Assembly (NCBI GenBank): GCA_020137815.1
Contig: CM035357.1
Location: 6,200,001 to 6,264,000, forward strand
Reading direction: 5' to 3'
DNA: 64,000 nucleotides
DNA from: Hormiphora californensis
Lineage: Eukaryota > Animalia > Ctenophora
Under the pieces are notes generated by a model. The model did not search any database and was not told the DNA's origin. It saw nothing but the letters and a program-made list of their open reading frames with translations. Numbering within the stretch: position 1 is the stretch's first letter; each line of letters opens with the position of its first letter. Positions 41,570 through 54,142 of this stretch are shown piece by piece. The translations under genes were made by a program, and so were the position numbers.

Positions 41570-44500
41570 TAAACACACACACACACGCATTGAGCAAGCT
41601 CAATGTTTAGCTATTCTCCGGCTGGGTATAGGGCTGAGGTACTGGCAAGATATAGTAGGATCGCTACTGCCCACATGTCAAGTCTATTCGGATATACAAG
41701 TTTAAAAGGTTGGTAGTAGAGTCGATAACTACATCGACCTCTCCCAATTGTTCCAGTTTTTGTCACATCAGTTTGGAGCCTCGACACGACCTCTAAACAG
41801 GTGTTACTTTTTCACAAACTGTTTTCATCTTGGTGTAATCAGCAGTTGAAATGTTGTTGATCATAACAAAAACCTGACTAAATTTTTTCAACTTGGGGTA
41901 AAACCATGGGTGTCAAAAGTTAGCTCTAGGTCCCCTGAGTAACCATCCGGAGACTCCAAGAGATATTTCAAGCCGTTCTCCTGTAATCATTTATCCCGGT
42001 AGAGCACATATTTGAGTATGGACGTACGTGCAATTGCCTACAACCTCAACTTTAATGTATAACGTTAATGTGCGTCTCTCTCTTTTCTCCCCCTTGAGAA
42101 AGAGTTATCTCGCGCGGCGCAACCGCACGTGCGGTTTTTCCAGAGAGAGTGAGAGACATACAATAACATGTAAACAGCCTGCCAGCGCTCACGTACGTCC
42201 GCATTGTATTTTTTTCTCCACCGGGATTAATGATTACGGGAGAACGGCTTGAAATATCTCTTAGAGTCTCCGGATGGTTACTCAGGGGACCTAGAGCTAA
42301 CTTTTGACACCCATGGTTTTACCCCAAGTTGAAAAAATTTAGTCAGGTTTTTGTTATGATCAGCAACATTTCAACTGCTGATTACACCAAGATGAAAACA
42401 GTTTGTGAAAAAGTAACACCTGTTTAGACGTCGTGTCGAGGCTCCAAACTGATGTGACAAAAACTGGAACAATTGGGAGAGGTCGATGTAGTTATCGACT
42501 CTACTATGGGGGTCACAGGGACCGTCTTAGCTTCGCTCCCCGTTAACATTGCCTGTAACCGGGGGTCCACTAAGCTCTCATATATACTCGGCCATTACTC
42601 CCAACCACTAGTAGTGGTTTTCAGTACCTCTTATACTGGTAAATCCGTATAGAAACAATCCTTGTGTTTTAGTAGCGATCACTCCGTATATCTTGCACTG
42701 ACCCAGTATTACCACACATTAATTGTGCAATTGGCACTATGGGATTTCTCCACTGCGGCCGGCACTGTGAGTAATCAGCCACTATATAAGCTACATCTTG
42801 GTTGCTAACCAGTCAATACATTAGTAGAGGGGTTGTAGCACCGGGAGGTAATGAGTAAACACACACACACACGCATTGAGCAAGCTCAATGTTTAGCTAT
42901 TCTCCGGCTGGGTATAGGGCTGAGGTACTGGCAAGATATAGTAGGATCGCTACTGCCCACATGTCAAGTTTATTCGGATATACAAGTTTAAAAGGTTGGG
43001 GGGTCACAGGGACCGTCTTAGCTTCGCTCCCCGTTAACATTGCCTGTAACCGGGGGTCCACTAAGCTCTCATATATACTCGGCCATTACTCCCAACCACT
43101 AGTAGTGGTTTTCAGTACCTCTTATACTGGTAAATCCGTATAGAAACAATCCTTGTGTTTTAATAGCGATCACTCCGTATATCTTGCACTGACCCAGTAT
43201 TACCACACATTAATTGTGCAATTGGCACTATGGGATTTCTCCACTGCGGCCGGCACTGTGAGTAATCAGCCACTATATAAGCTACATCTTGGTTGCTAAC
43301 CAGTCAATACATTAGTAGAGGGGTTGTAGCACCGGGAGGTAATGAGTAAACACACACACACGCATTGAGCAAGCTCAATGTTTAGCTATTCTCCGGCTGG
43401 GTATAGGGCTGAGGTACTGGCAAGATATAGTAGGATCGCTACTGCCCACATGTCAAGTCTATTCGGATATACAAGTTTAAAAGGTTGGGGGGTCACAGGG
43501 ACCGTCTTAGCTTCGCTCCCCGTTAACATTGCCTGTAACCGGGGGTCCACTAAGCTCTCATATATACTCGGCCATTACTCCCAACCACTAGTAGTGGTTT
43601 TCAGTACCTCTTATACTGGTAAATCCGTATAGAAACAATCCTTGTGTTTTAATAGCGATCACTCCGTATATCTTGCACTGACCCAGTATTACCACACATT
43701 AATTGTGCAATTGGCACTATGGGATTTCTCCACTGCGGCCGGCACTGTGAGTAATCAGCCACTATATAAGCTACATCTTGGTTGCTAACCAGTCAATACA
43801 TTAGTAGAGGGGTTGTAGCACCGGGAGGTAATGAGTAAACACACACACACACGCATTGAGCAAGCTCAATGTTTAGCTATTCTCCGGCTGGGTATAGGGC
43901 TGAGGTACTGGCAAGATATAGTAGGATCGCTACTGCCCACATGTCAAGTTTATTCGGATATACAAGTTTAAAAGGTTGGGGGGTCACAGGGACCGTCTTA
44001 GCTTCGCTCCCCGTTAACATTGCCTGTAACCGGGGGTCCACTAAGCTCTCATATATACTCGGCCATTACTCCCAACCACTAGTAGTGGTTTTCAGTACCT
44101 CTTATACTGGTAAATCCGTATAGAAACAATCCTTGTGTTTTAATAGCGATCACTCCGTATATCTTGCACTGACCCAGTATTACCACACATTAATTGTGCA
44201 ATTGGCACTATGGGATTTCTCCACTGCGGCCGGCACTGTGAGTAATCAGCCACTATATAAGCTACATCTTGGTTGCTAACCAGTCAATACATTAGTAGAG
44301 GGGTTGTAGCACCGGGAGGTAATGAGTAAACACACACACACGCATTGAGCAAGCTCAATGTTTAGCTATTCTCCGGCTGGGTATAGGGCTGAGGTACTGG
44401 CAAGATATAGTAGGATCGCTACTGCCCACATGTCAAGTCTATTCGGATATACAAGTTTAAAAGGTTGGGGGGTCACAGGGACCGTCTTAGCTTCGCTCCC

Positions 44501-46519
44501 CGTTAACATTGCCTGTAACCGGGGGTCCACTAAGCTCTCATATATACTCGGCCATTACTCCCAACCACTAGTAGTGGTTTTCAGTACCTCTTATACTGGT
44601 AAATCCGTATAGAAACAATCCTTGTGTTTTAGTAGCGATCACTCCGTATATCTTGCACTGACCCAGTATTACCACACATTACTCCCAACCACTAGTAGTG
44701 GTTTTCAGTACCTCTTATACTGGTAAATCCGTATAGTATAAGAGGTACTGAAAACCACTACTAGTGGTTGGGAGTAATGGCCGAGTATATATGAGAGCTT
44801 AGTGGACCCCCGGTTACAGGCAATGTTAACGGGGAGCGAAGCTAAGACGGTCCCTGTGACCCCCCAACCTTTTAAACTTGTATATCCGAATAGACTTGAC
44901 ATGTGGGCAGTAGCGATCCTACTATATCTTGCCAGTACCTCAGCCCTATACCCAGCCGGAGAATAGCTAAACATTGAGCTTGCTCAATGCGTGTGTGTGT
45001 GTGTTTACTCATTACCTCCCGGTGCTACAACCCCTCTACTAATGTATTGACTGGTTAGCAACCAAGATGTAGCTTATATAGTGGCTGATTACTCACAGTG
45101 CCGGCCGCAGTGGAGAAATCCCATAGTGCCAATTGCACAATTAATGTGTGGTAATACTGGGTCAGTGCAAGATATACGGAGTGATCGCTACTAAAACACA
45201 AGGATTGTTTCTATACGGATTTACCAGTATAAGAGGTACTGAAAACCACTACTAGTGGTTGGGAGTAATGGCCGAGTATATATGAGAGCTTAGTGGACCC
45301 CCGGTTACAGGCAATGTTAACGGGGAGCGAAGCTAAGACGGTCCCTGTGACCCCCCAACCTTTTTTAAACTTGTATATCCGAATAGACTTGACATGTGGG
45401 CAGTAGCGATCCTACTATATCTTGCCAGTACCTCAGCCCTATACCCAGCCGGAGAATAGCTAAACATTGAGCTTGCTCAATGCGTGTGTGTGTGTGTTTA
45501 CTCATTACCTCCCGGTGCTACAACCCCTCTACTAATGTATTGACTGGTTAGCAACCAAGATGTAGCTTATATAGTGGCTGATTACTCACAGTGCCCGCCG
45601 CAGTGGAGAAATCCCATAGTGCCAATTGCACAATTAATGTGTGGTAATACTGGGTCAGTGCAAGATATACGGAGTGATCGCTACTAAAACACAAGGATTG
45701 TTTCTATACGGATTTACCAGTATAAGAGGTACTGAAAACCACTACTAGTGGTTGGGAGTAATGGCCGAGTATATATGAGAGCTTAGTGGACCCCCGGTTA
45801 CAGGCAATGTTAACGGGGAGCGAAGCTAAGACGGTCCCTGTGACCCCCCAACCTTTTAAACTTGTATATCCGAATAGACTTGACATGTGGGCAGTAGCGA
45901 TCCTACTATATCTTGCCAGTACCTCAGCCCTATACCCAGCCGGAGAATAGCTAAACATTGAGCTTGCTCAATGCGTGTGTGTGTGTGTGTTTACTCATTA
46001 CCTCCCGGTGCTACAACCCCTCTACTAATGTATTGACTGGTTAGCAACCAAGATGTAGCTTATATAGTGGCTGATTACTCACAGTGCCGGCCGCAGTGGA
46101 GAAATCCCATAGTGCCAATTGCACAATTAATGTGTGGTAATACTGGGTCAGTGCAAGATATACGGAGTGATCGCTACTAAAACACAAGGATTGTTTCTAT
46201 ACGGATTTACCAGTATAAGAGGTACTGAAAACCACTACTAGTGGTTGGGAGTAATGGCCGAGTATATATGAGAGCTTAGTGGACCCCCGGTTACAGGCAA
46301 TGTTAACGGGGAGCGAAGCTAAGACGGTCCCTGTGACCCCCCAACCTTTTAAACTTGTATATCCGAATAGACTTGACATGTGGGCAGTAGCGATCCTACT
46401 ATATCTTGCCAGTACCTCAGCCCTATACCCAGCCGGAGAATAGCTAAACATTGAGCTTGCTCAATGCGTGTGTGTGTGTGTTTACTCATTACCTCCCGGT
46501 GCTACAACCCCTCTACTAA
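41570..46519. mobile_element. Tandem multimer of a ~490-bp self-complementary unit: ~4.7 copies forward then ~3.6 inverted, bounded by a 12-bp direct repeat
   Basis: Unit spacing is 489-493 bp, varying mainly with (CA)n length. The fold-back junction is near 44720-44735. tttaactaagag occurs at 41558-41569 and 46520-46531. Confidence 0.85.
41714..42506. mobile_element. MITE with ~270-bp TIRs, TAG...CTA termini and a 3-bp TGG TSD (Academ-like), inserted in the first 490-bp unit
   Basis: tgg|tagtagagtcgataactacatcgacc...ggtcgatgtagttatcgactctacta|tgg interrupts the unit's aaaggttggggggtcac. Confidence 0.85.
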
Positions 46520-46889
46520 TTTAACTAAGAGGGCATTCTTTCTTATGTATGGGGGGCAATGCGTTGCATTAACACTTAATTAACGATAAAGCAGCATGAT
46601 ACATCATATCACTGCTGTAATTTTAGATCAAATATTATAGAATAATTATGCTTAAGCGTTGAGTTTTATTGAATTGCTCATGCTTTCTTTTTATTCTAAG
46701 ATAATAGCACGGGCACAGTGTCAGGCGACTCAAGAGTTTCAATAATTTACATCTTTTAATATATGACCACAGATCATTTGTAATTTACACTGTGGTTATA
46801 ATTGATGCTAAGGCTAAGGGTCTATATTTTGTAACTTGAAGAACTCCTTAAGTAACTTGGTGATGACATCCCCTTCGCCGGCTTCGTTT

Positions 46890-46911
46890 GCCGCGCTTCG
46901 CGCGGCCCTAG
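46890..46911 (+). mobile_element. Helitron-like 3' terminus (GC hairpin followed by CTAG|T)
   Basis: gccgcgc-ttc-gcgcggc c ctag t. The 5' end was not located. Confidence 0.45.
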
Positions 46912-49490
46912 TGTAGGGGTGACCGCGTCACCAATTAAGTAACATAGTTCTATCTTTGAACCATTCCTAAATTCAATCACTTTACATTTTATATGTCGCT
47001 AAGGAGATCTCTTTACTTCATGCTACCTACCCATGAACTTAATTACCGCTTTTAATCACCTCTTACAACTACTCTCTCTTAGTTTCCCTCTCTTACTCTG
47101 TGACACTCTATCTTGTTAGTCACGCTACGGGTTGACCAAAGAGTCACTCTCTCTCTCCTGATCTCCCCGGCTCAATTTTCCTTCTTACCTCTCTCTTGCA
47201 GACCCTTGCTCCATAATTTCCAACTCGAGTTGCATTTCTGTCAACAGATAGTTTGAGAGGGACATGATCTCTTTCTTATAAAGCATAACAAATAGCATTT
47301 CCCGAGAGCTGCACGTCTCCCACCTGTTCCGTAGTTTGAGAAACGAAGAAGCTATCGAAGCATAGAGAAGTAATGTCGCGTTATTGTTACTGAGAGAGAG
47401 AGAGAGAGAGAGAGAAGGGAGTTCGCGTTACCCCCTCCCTCTACCATTCAGTATTACTATTATAATAGTTGCAGCTGCACAACTTCACGCAGTACAGTCT
47501 GTACCATTTTTAATCTTCTGTTTTCTTAATCCAATATCACTGAAACAGTTTCACTGTGAAACCATCCTCTTTCGGATGCAGTGCAAGCCCCTAGATACCT
47601 GATACTCTATATTGTAATGGCTATATCTTGTATTGCTCCATTTAGAAATTCACCCATGTTGCAATCAATGTGGGGGCGGTCTATTTATTGCAATACACAT
47701 GGGGTGATGGGGGACAGCTGCCACCACCCATTGTTGTTACCATGGTAACCGAGGGGAGAACACTTAACCTGACAAACTTGACAGTGGCTGAGTAGTGAGA
47801 GGAGAGAGACTGACAGTGGCTGAATAGTGAGAGGAGAGAGAGGGACGGTACTATGGAAGGGGAGTAAGAAGTAAAATAGAGTACTATAGCGAGTGATAGA
47901 GATTAGGGGAGAAAATAGGTAGAGAGATGGGAGTAAAAGAAAGAAAGAACTAGTAAGAGAGTGAGAGCGATATTGGATCAAGAGTGAGATCGAGAGGGGC
48001 CTATTTGAAGAGATCGAGAGACCAGATGGATAGTGTAAATTGTGTATCAACAATACAACAGTATCGCTATTGACACGTCCAGATCTTGATTGTGTCACCT
48101 CTGATTACTTTGTAGCACAGCTGACTTATATCATCATATCGAGTTCTCAGTCGGTTTAATTTGTAGTGCAGCCGTAACTCACAGAAAAAGTTGATCTCTA
48201 TTTTTCCTTTACTGAGGATCATATAAGGCCAGGGAGACCCTGGGCTATAACATTATATATTGTGGTTGTTATCAGCACTCAAGTTCCCGACAAGATAGAA
48301 AGCTAATTCCGGTTGCGTGGGATTCGTATTGAAAAGCACATTCAGAAATATGTTGTTCCCTATTTTGGTGTTGATGACCGTCAGACCCTACTGAGGGGTA
48401 ACCCCTCAACCCCCCACCCCCACCCCTTTGAGATGCAAAATGAATTGCAACCTGTAAGCTTTCTCGGGTATTTAGCTGACTTCAAACAAAAAAGATAAAA
48501 AATATGGAACTTTCTAAGCTGCTTTTTTTCATGGACTATATTCCCTTTATAAGGCACTTCGAGTTCATCGTGCATATCAATCGCGATTTTCTTAGCTTTA
48601 ATGCGTGAGGATCATATAAGATGGAAGATAAGCTAACTTCTCCAGTCAAGAATTTCTCTCCCTGAACCCTGTTTTATCTTCCCCGGATCTCTTTCCGATT
48701 TGTCCCAATTAGTCACATTGTTGGCGAATTTGTTCATCCTAAATTGCTCCCTGAAACCAGGAGGAGTCCTTCATGAACAAGTTTCTTATCTTATCTTATC
48801 TTAATGCAAGGTAGCTTGCAAACCGTTATATATTCGCGATCACATACTTATTTTTTCACTCAATTGGAAATCTAAGGCCTAAGCAATTGATCTGAGCTGT
48901 GTGTTTTAGAAGTTCCACGGGAGATCTTGTTTCACATTGGGAAATGTGCAAGAAGAGTGATCTCGATTTAACATTACCAATCCCTTCAACACTTTTAGAA
49001 TAGTACATTCCTAGTACAAATACTCAGAGCTTGGTTTGCCTCCTGTTATATTGAAGTATCTATTGAAGTATTCGATTTCAACTTTGATAGATCGCTTGTC
49101 AACTTTGGTTGAAGACATTTAGCTAGCCCTTCTTGAACGGCCCTCCATATAATTAACCTGTCTCGATCAAATGTCAAGACTCAAGTGAACCAATTTAGAT
49201 GGGTTCCGCAGATTTCTATTGCCCCAAAAACTCAACTACTTATATATTTTACGTGCATATTTCACAACATATAATAGTGGAGTTTTGTGTCAACACATGT
49301 GCGTCAAAATTGCTTTTCATGCAAATTGCATGGCCGGAATCTGTTTAGTAACCCTCGACTTTTTAGTGCACATATATTAACATTCGTCATTTCATTCCAT
49401 TATTTTTCTTTTCCGATCTAAGTAGTTATAGCCCATATAATGTCAGGTGACGGATCGCAGCAGTTAGAGAGGTCAATCAAAGCAACGCAT

Positions 49491-49615
<125 letters not shown>

Positions 49616-50827
49616 ATTGCCCTCACATCTGTCAACCTACACAGGAGAGAGGGGAGGGGTGTACACACTGTGCACCATCTGTCACTCGTTATATTTCAAG
49701 GCCATGTCGCTTTTCCCTCTAGTCTTCCCGTCTCTCATTATCCATCCCTTACCCTCTCTACTAATTATGCTACTTTTTGGTCTTGCAACCTCCCTGCTTC
49801 AATATTTTAGCAGCCTAAGATGTGTGATATTTCTTTATATTGACCGAGAAATGCGTTTATATTTTCTATGGAAATGCATACCACACATAGTTACTAGCTA
49901 GGTGTGTTGTTCAGATGTTGTTTCCTTTTTTGGTCTTTCGTCTACACTCTACGCCCTACGACGTAGGGCCTACATGGCTATTTCACCGTGTAACATCAAG
50001 TACCATTTTCTTCATGATCTTTGACTCAAATCACCCATTCAGTTTAACTACTGATCATGGGTTTCCACCGTATTGAGAACTACTGTACAACACCAAGTTA
50101 TTTCCATCCTGCAGTTTGCTGGGAGTTTGCTACAAAAAGATTAATATATAATGGTTTGCTCAGATCATTTATATGATAAGTGTGTTCTCTATCTACCTCT
50201 CTCTCTTGTCAACAGCTTTACTATCGTCACCTTCAGAGAAATCGATAGAGAGGGATAGAGGGATAAGATGTTGGGATAAAAACGAGAAAATAAATTCCAG
50301 GCTTTAGTAGGCTATGACTGGCCAACTAAGATTCAGGGTTAGATTATGGGAGAGCGAATGACGTAGAGATGACGTAAGGATCAGTACAATAACAGTACCC
50401 CCGAGAGCTTGAAGAAAATACAGAGCCTTAACCTTCTAGAGTTGGGGGAGAGAGTGGGAGGGATAGAGAGAATGAACTAGGTCAAGTGAGATAGATCTAT
50501 ATGGCGCAGTAGAGAGAGGGAGAGATAGGGAGAGAGAGATATATATAGCAAGAGAGAGAGAGAGAGAAGATTTCTTGGCAGGAGGAGATGAGTTACTGAG
50601 AGTCTGTACACAACTCATTTTTCCATCGTTTCCTTCGCGTCTGATCCTCATTAGTCCTCGCCTCATACGATATGTGTGGTTCAGTCAAACCCATCATACT
50701 ATCCGTCTATATATCCCTGTCGTCATAGACCCTCCCGAGTCCTGGACTGTCAAGCTTCTCTCCGTGTCTCATTTTGTTAGATTAACATTTTAGATTTTCT
50801 AATTTTTTACTTCATTGATCTTAATAT

Positions 50828-51270
50828 TAGGCTGTCCAAGAAATAATGTCGCGGGCCGATTTCTCCAACTTAACTCAACAATTTCGGTATACAACTTTTT
50901 CTAGCGCCTAGATCTAACCTTTGTCTGTATAAAACAAGTGTCTTTTTTTTATACAATGCGTCGAGACTAAAATCGCATGGTTACTATATCTTTGGACGAC
51001 GGGCTATCGATTGGCGCCATTTAGAGATGTGGAAACTCAAAGGGGTTCCTTCCAGCGACGTTTTAAAATTTGCAAAACTCCCGTTCAGCGGCACATCGAC
51101 TTCCGGTGACAGATGACCCAAATATGGGCAATGAAAATATTAGTATGAAATTCTAAATGTGTTTCCCCGACTGGAAATTGTCTACTGAACAAGATAGAAC
51201 TAGTTTAAAGTCGCTAACTCATGTATTTCTACAAAAAATTGTAAGACGACATTATTTCCTGGACACTCTA
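50828..51270. mobile_element. Academ-like MITE (TAG...CTA ends, 4-bp ATAT TSD)
   Basis: atat|taggctgtccaagaaataatgtc ... gacattatttcctggacactcta|atat. Confidence 0.7.
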
Positions 51271-51613
51271 ATATTAATAGGACATTCAGTTTTCTACCTC
51301 TGTTTCTGTATTTGATGAAAGGAAATACTACTTTCAAGCCGGTTCACCCTTTCCTCGCTCACGTGCCCTGACAGTAGTAACTACTACACGTTACCAAATG
51401 GCAGAGAATGATGTAACCACATGGTTATTGAAGTCTTAATCCCAACCATTTGGGAATTGCTTTTTGAAGATTCTGAATCTTCAAAAATAATCTTAGATTC
51501 ATTATTCACCTGACCATTTAGTCACTTGCTGGACAGTTTGTTTCTCTGTTTTACAGAGGTCTTTCTTTTTAACTCCAATATATAATGCAATTGCCAGTTA
51601 TATTTATAATTCA

Positions 51614-52789
51614 ATGATTTCCAATTCCCAAATGCTAACCACACTCTCTCTTTCCCAATATAGATCACACCACATGGATTCGCTGGAAGTGGAAGCGTCT
51701 ACTCCGCACCTTGACCCCGTCCCCTACTCATCCATTTCCGAGGACATCCTCGGAGTGATTTACATCATCCTAATGACAATAGGTATTCCCTCCAACATCG
51801 TATCCGTGATCTACTTCTCCCGCCAGAAAGTCCGCCCTGGGTCAACCAGAGAGTTTTTCAAGTGGATCTACACAAACATTGCCTGTACAGACCTGCTGGT
51901 GTGTGTTTTCTGCTTCCCCATGGCAACTGTCTTCCTCTCCCCGCAACGGAACTCACCCCTCTTCCTTAACGATATGTTCTGTGCGTTTTGGGCGTTTGCC
52001 TGGGAGCTCCTTCCCTACTATTCCGTGTACCTGGTCCTGGTCCTTTCCTGGTCTCGTATGGCCATCCTGATCAGACCGATGATAGTTCTGAACAAACAAC
52101 TCCTCATTGTCAGCCTGGTCCTTTACAATATCCTCCTTCTCACCACCAAGGTCGCATTCTTCTACGGAGATATTACACAGATAGACTACACTAAACGAGA
52201 TGCTCTCTGCATTCTCACTGCTGTTGAGGGAATGAGCAAATATTACCCAATCTACACGTTTTTCAACATCATCCTCCTGGCCATGCCCATTATACCCATC
52301 TGTATCAGCTGTGTGAGCTCTGTGGTCAAAATGTACAAGACGGACATGGCGGTTAGAATAGCACGGCGTGCATCCACCAACGGGAACAGTAAAGCAGCTG
52401 CTTCAAAGTCTTCAAAACGATCAGCGCACCGCCACAAGCACGCCACTACGACAGTGATCATCATGACGGTGACCTACATTCTCTGCAATCTTCCAGTATT
52501 TGTCAACTACGTGGCGTATGGGTATTGGAGCGTGATGTCCGCTATAAAGTCTGTTGACTATCGTTCAATATACGGGACTCATTTTCTTTACTACTACAGC
52601 TGGAGCAGCTGTCTAGTGCTGGCCGTTCTACTCAACTCCACAATTAATCCCATTGTCTATGCCACCAGAATGAGGGAGTTCAGGAACTCTATTATCTACA
52701 AGTGTGAGGCCCTGGTGAGAGACAGTTCTGCTGCTGCCACACCTCCTGGTGGTGATCATGATAACCCTTCAAGTGTGTCCGTGTCCTAG
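51614..52789 (+). CDS. Class A (rhodopsin-family) 7TM GPCR, intronless CDS; real start may be ATG 51674 after a splice acceptor
   Basis: Seven hydrophobic segments with GIPSN (TM1), IACTDLL (TM2), Cys in TM3 and ECL2, SRM at the DRY position, CNLP (TM6) and NSTINPIVY (NPxxY). There is no TM7 Lys. Confidence 0.92.
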   Translation: MISNSQMLTTLSLSQYRSHHMDSLEVEASTPHLDPVPYSSISEDILGVIYIILMTIGIPSNIVSVIYFSRQKVRPGSTREFFKWIYTNIACTDLLVCVFCFPMATVFLSPQRNSPLFLNDMFCAFWAFAWELLPYYSVYLVLVLSWSRMAILIRPMIVLNKQLLIVSLVLYNILLLTTKVAFFYGDITQIDYTKRDALCILTAVEGMSKYYPIYTFFNIILLAMPIIPICISCVSSVVKMYKTDMAVRIARRASTNGNSKAAASKSSKRSAHRHKHATTTVIIMTVTYILCNLPVFVNYVAYGYWSVMSAIKSVDYRSIYGTHFLYYYSWSSCLVLAVLLNSTINPIVYATRMREFRNSIIYKCEALVRDSSAAATPPGGDHDNPSSVSVS

Positions 52790-52959
52790 TGTTTAGACTG
52801 TTTAGATAATAGATAGTATTTGTTGGTGCTGTATTTGTTTATTTTTTTGTCAAATAATCCAATATTCGAGTTTAAAATTTGTCTACATGTACAGAACAAA
52901 ACATACAAAAAACCGAATGTAAAAAGATAAAAACACGTGCATCATGTCCTACTCTGAAG

Positions 52960-53068
52960 CAGGAACCGACCGAAACAAGTAAACAACCAATGAGAACTCG
53001 TTATTTAGGTCACGTGACTGGTTATCAGCCAATCAAGGACCAGTATTTCCTGGTTCGGTCGGTTCCTG
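52960..53068. mobile_element. hAT-type MITE, 109 bp, 8-bp TSD ctctgaag
   Basis: ctctgaag|caggaaccgaccgaa...ttcggtcggttcctg|ctctgaag. Confidence 0.9.
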
Positions 53069-53705
53069 CTCTGAAGTATCCAACTCAACGTGAGGGGTAC
53101 CCATAAACTTGGTGTGTTGTCCCTTCAGTAGAAGGTCACCCTTCTCATTGTATATGAAACACGAACTAAACGCCAGGGTCTTACCGGCCCTGTCACACTT
53201 CGCCACTATATCTATCTCTTGGCCCACGGGTGCTCCTTTGAGGTATGATATCTGCATGTCTGTTGAAACTCCCCACCGCTCACACCTGGTAGGTTGATAG
53301 TTGTGGATATTTTATGGATCATATCAGGAGAATAAGAAAATCAAGTTATAAAGTAGGTACTTGGATAGAATAGCGACGGAGGAGCAGACATCAACTAGCG
53401 AGGCGCCAAGTCCACCATGCATTGTTCCGTACACATTCCCATCATCTTTTTCAACCATCATACGGAACTTAACCTGAAACAAAGTTGGATAAAGTACTAA
53501 TACTAATGTTGGGCTCAGGAATTCTTTTGTGTGTGAATTTAGGCTTTTCTCTTTCTTTCTCCCCCTCACTCAAAGGAGGAGAGAGTGATTTACGTACTGT
53601 GCCAGAAGTTGCTTCCGTTAGTTTTAGATGAGACATTGTCTTTCCCGAAAAGCCGTCAAAAATAGTTTTCTTTATTTCACGGATTAGGGCTCGAGCAAGA
53701 GACAT
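53033..53705 (-). CDS. ACOT13: Hotdog-fold acyl-CoA thioesterase (ACOT13/THEM2-like); exons 53705-53598, 53473-53361, 53285-53033
   Basis: NVYGTMHGGLGASLVDVCSSVA, GVSTDMQISYLKGA, GKTLAF and GQHTKF across phase-compatible GT-AG introns. Confidence 0.9.
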
Positions 53706-54028
53706 TTCTTGAAACTTTTTTGGAAAAGCGTATATAAATTATTACACCCAGTTCATCGAATTAATAATTTATAAAAGACATTCAAATTTAAATTCTGGAA
53801 ATGAGGGAGGGGAACAAGAATCACAAGAATTTTAGTGTAGATGAGATTTTCTATTTTTTAGCCAAATTAAATGTAAAGCTTAACATCCAGTACCGGGGTA
53901 TCTCGTTGTTAAGGACTAGCGTTTGAAAGATCTATAGAAGTAGGACATCATTTTTTGGTGTACTAAAAAAGTTCGCCCATTAGACAAGCGCATAACTCCA
54001 AAGCCAGTAATTGTATTTGTTTACGTAC

Positions 54029-54142
54029 TGTGCCGGGAGTTGCATCCGTCAGTTTAACGTGCGACATGGTTTTGGCCGAAAATCCACCCGTATCGCTTAC
54101 GACTTTCTTTAGTTGACGGCTAAGGGCCCGAGCAAGAGACAT
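54029..54142 (-). CDS. Duplicated alternative first coding exon of the thioesterase
   Basis: MSLARALSRQLKKVVSDTGGFSAKTMSHVKLTDATPGT|gtacgtaa is paralogous to 53705-53598 and has the same phase-0 donor. Confidence 0.8.

Noticed and set aside
45081-45130. Hammerhead-like CTGATTA...stem...GAAA in the 490-bp unit
   Set aside because: The core should be CUGANGA. G8 is missing, stem II is not closed next to GAAA, and no convincing stems I/III were found.
42889-46451. Repeated 84-aa ORF (MFSYSPAGYRAE...) as a multicopy gene
   Set aside because: It has no recognisable domain and recurs only because the DNA unit repeats. One copy is frameshifted and one is MITE-interrupted, and the sequence appears constrained by base pairing.
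51614-52789. GPCR as an opsin
   Set aside because: There is no Schiff-base lysine in TM7 before NPIVY.
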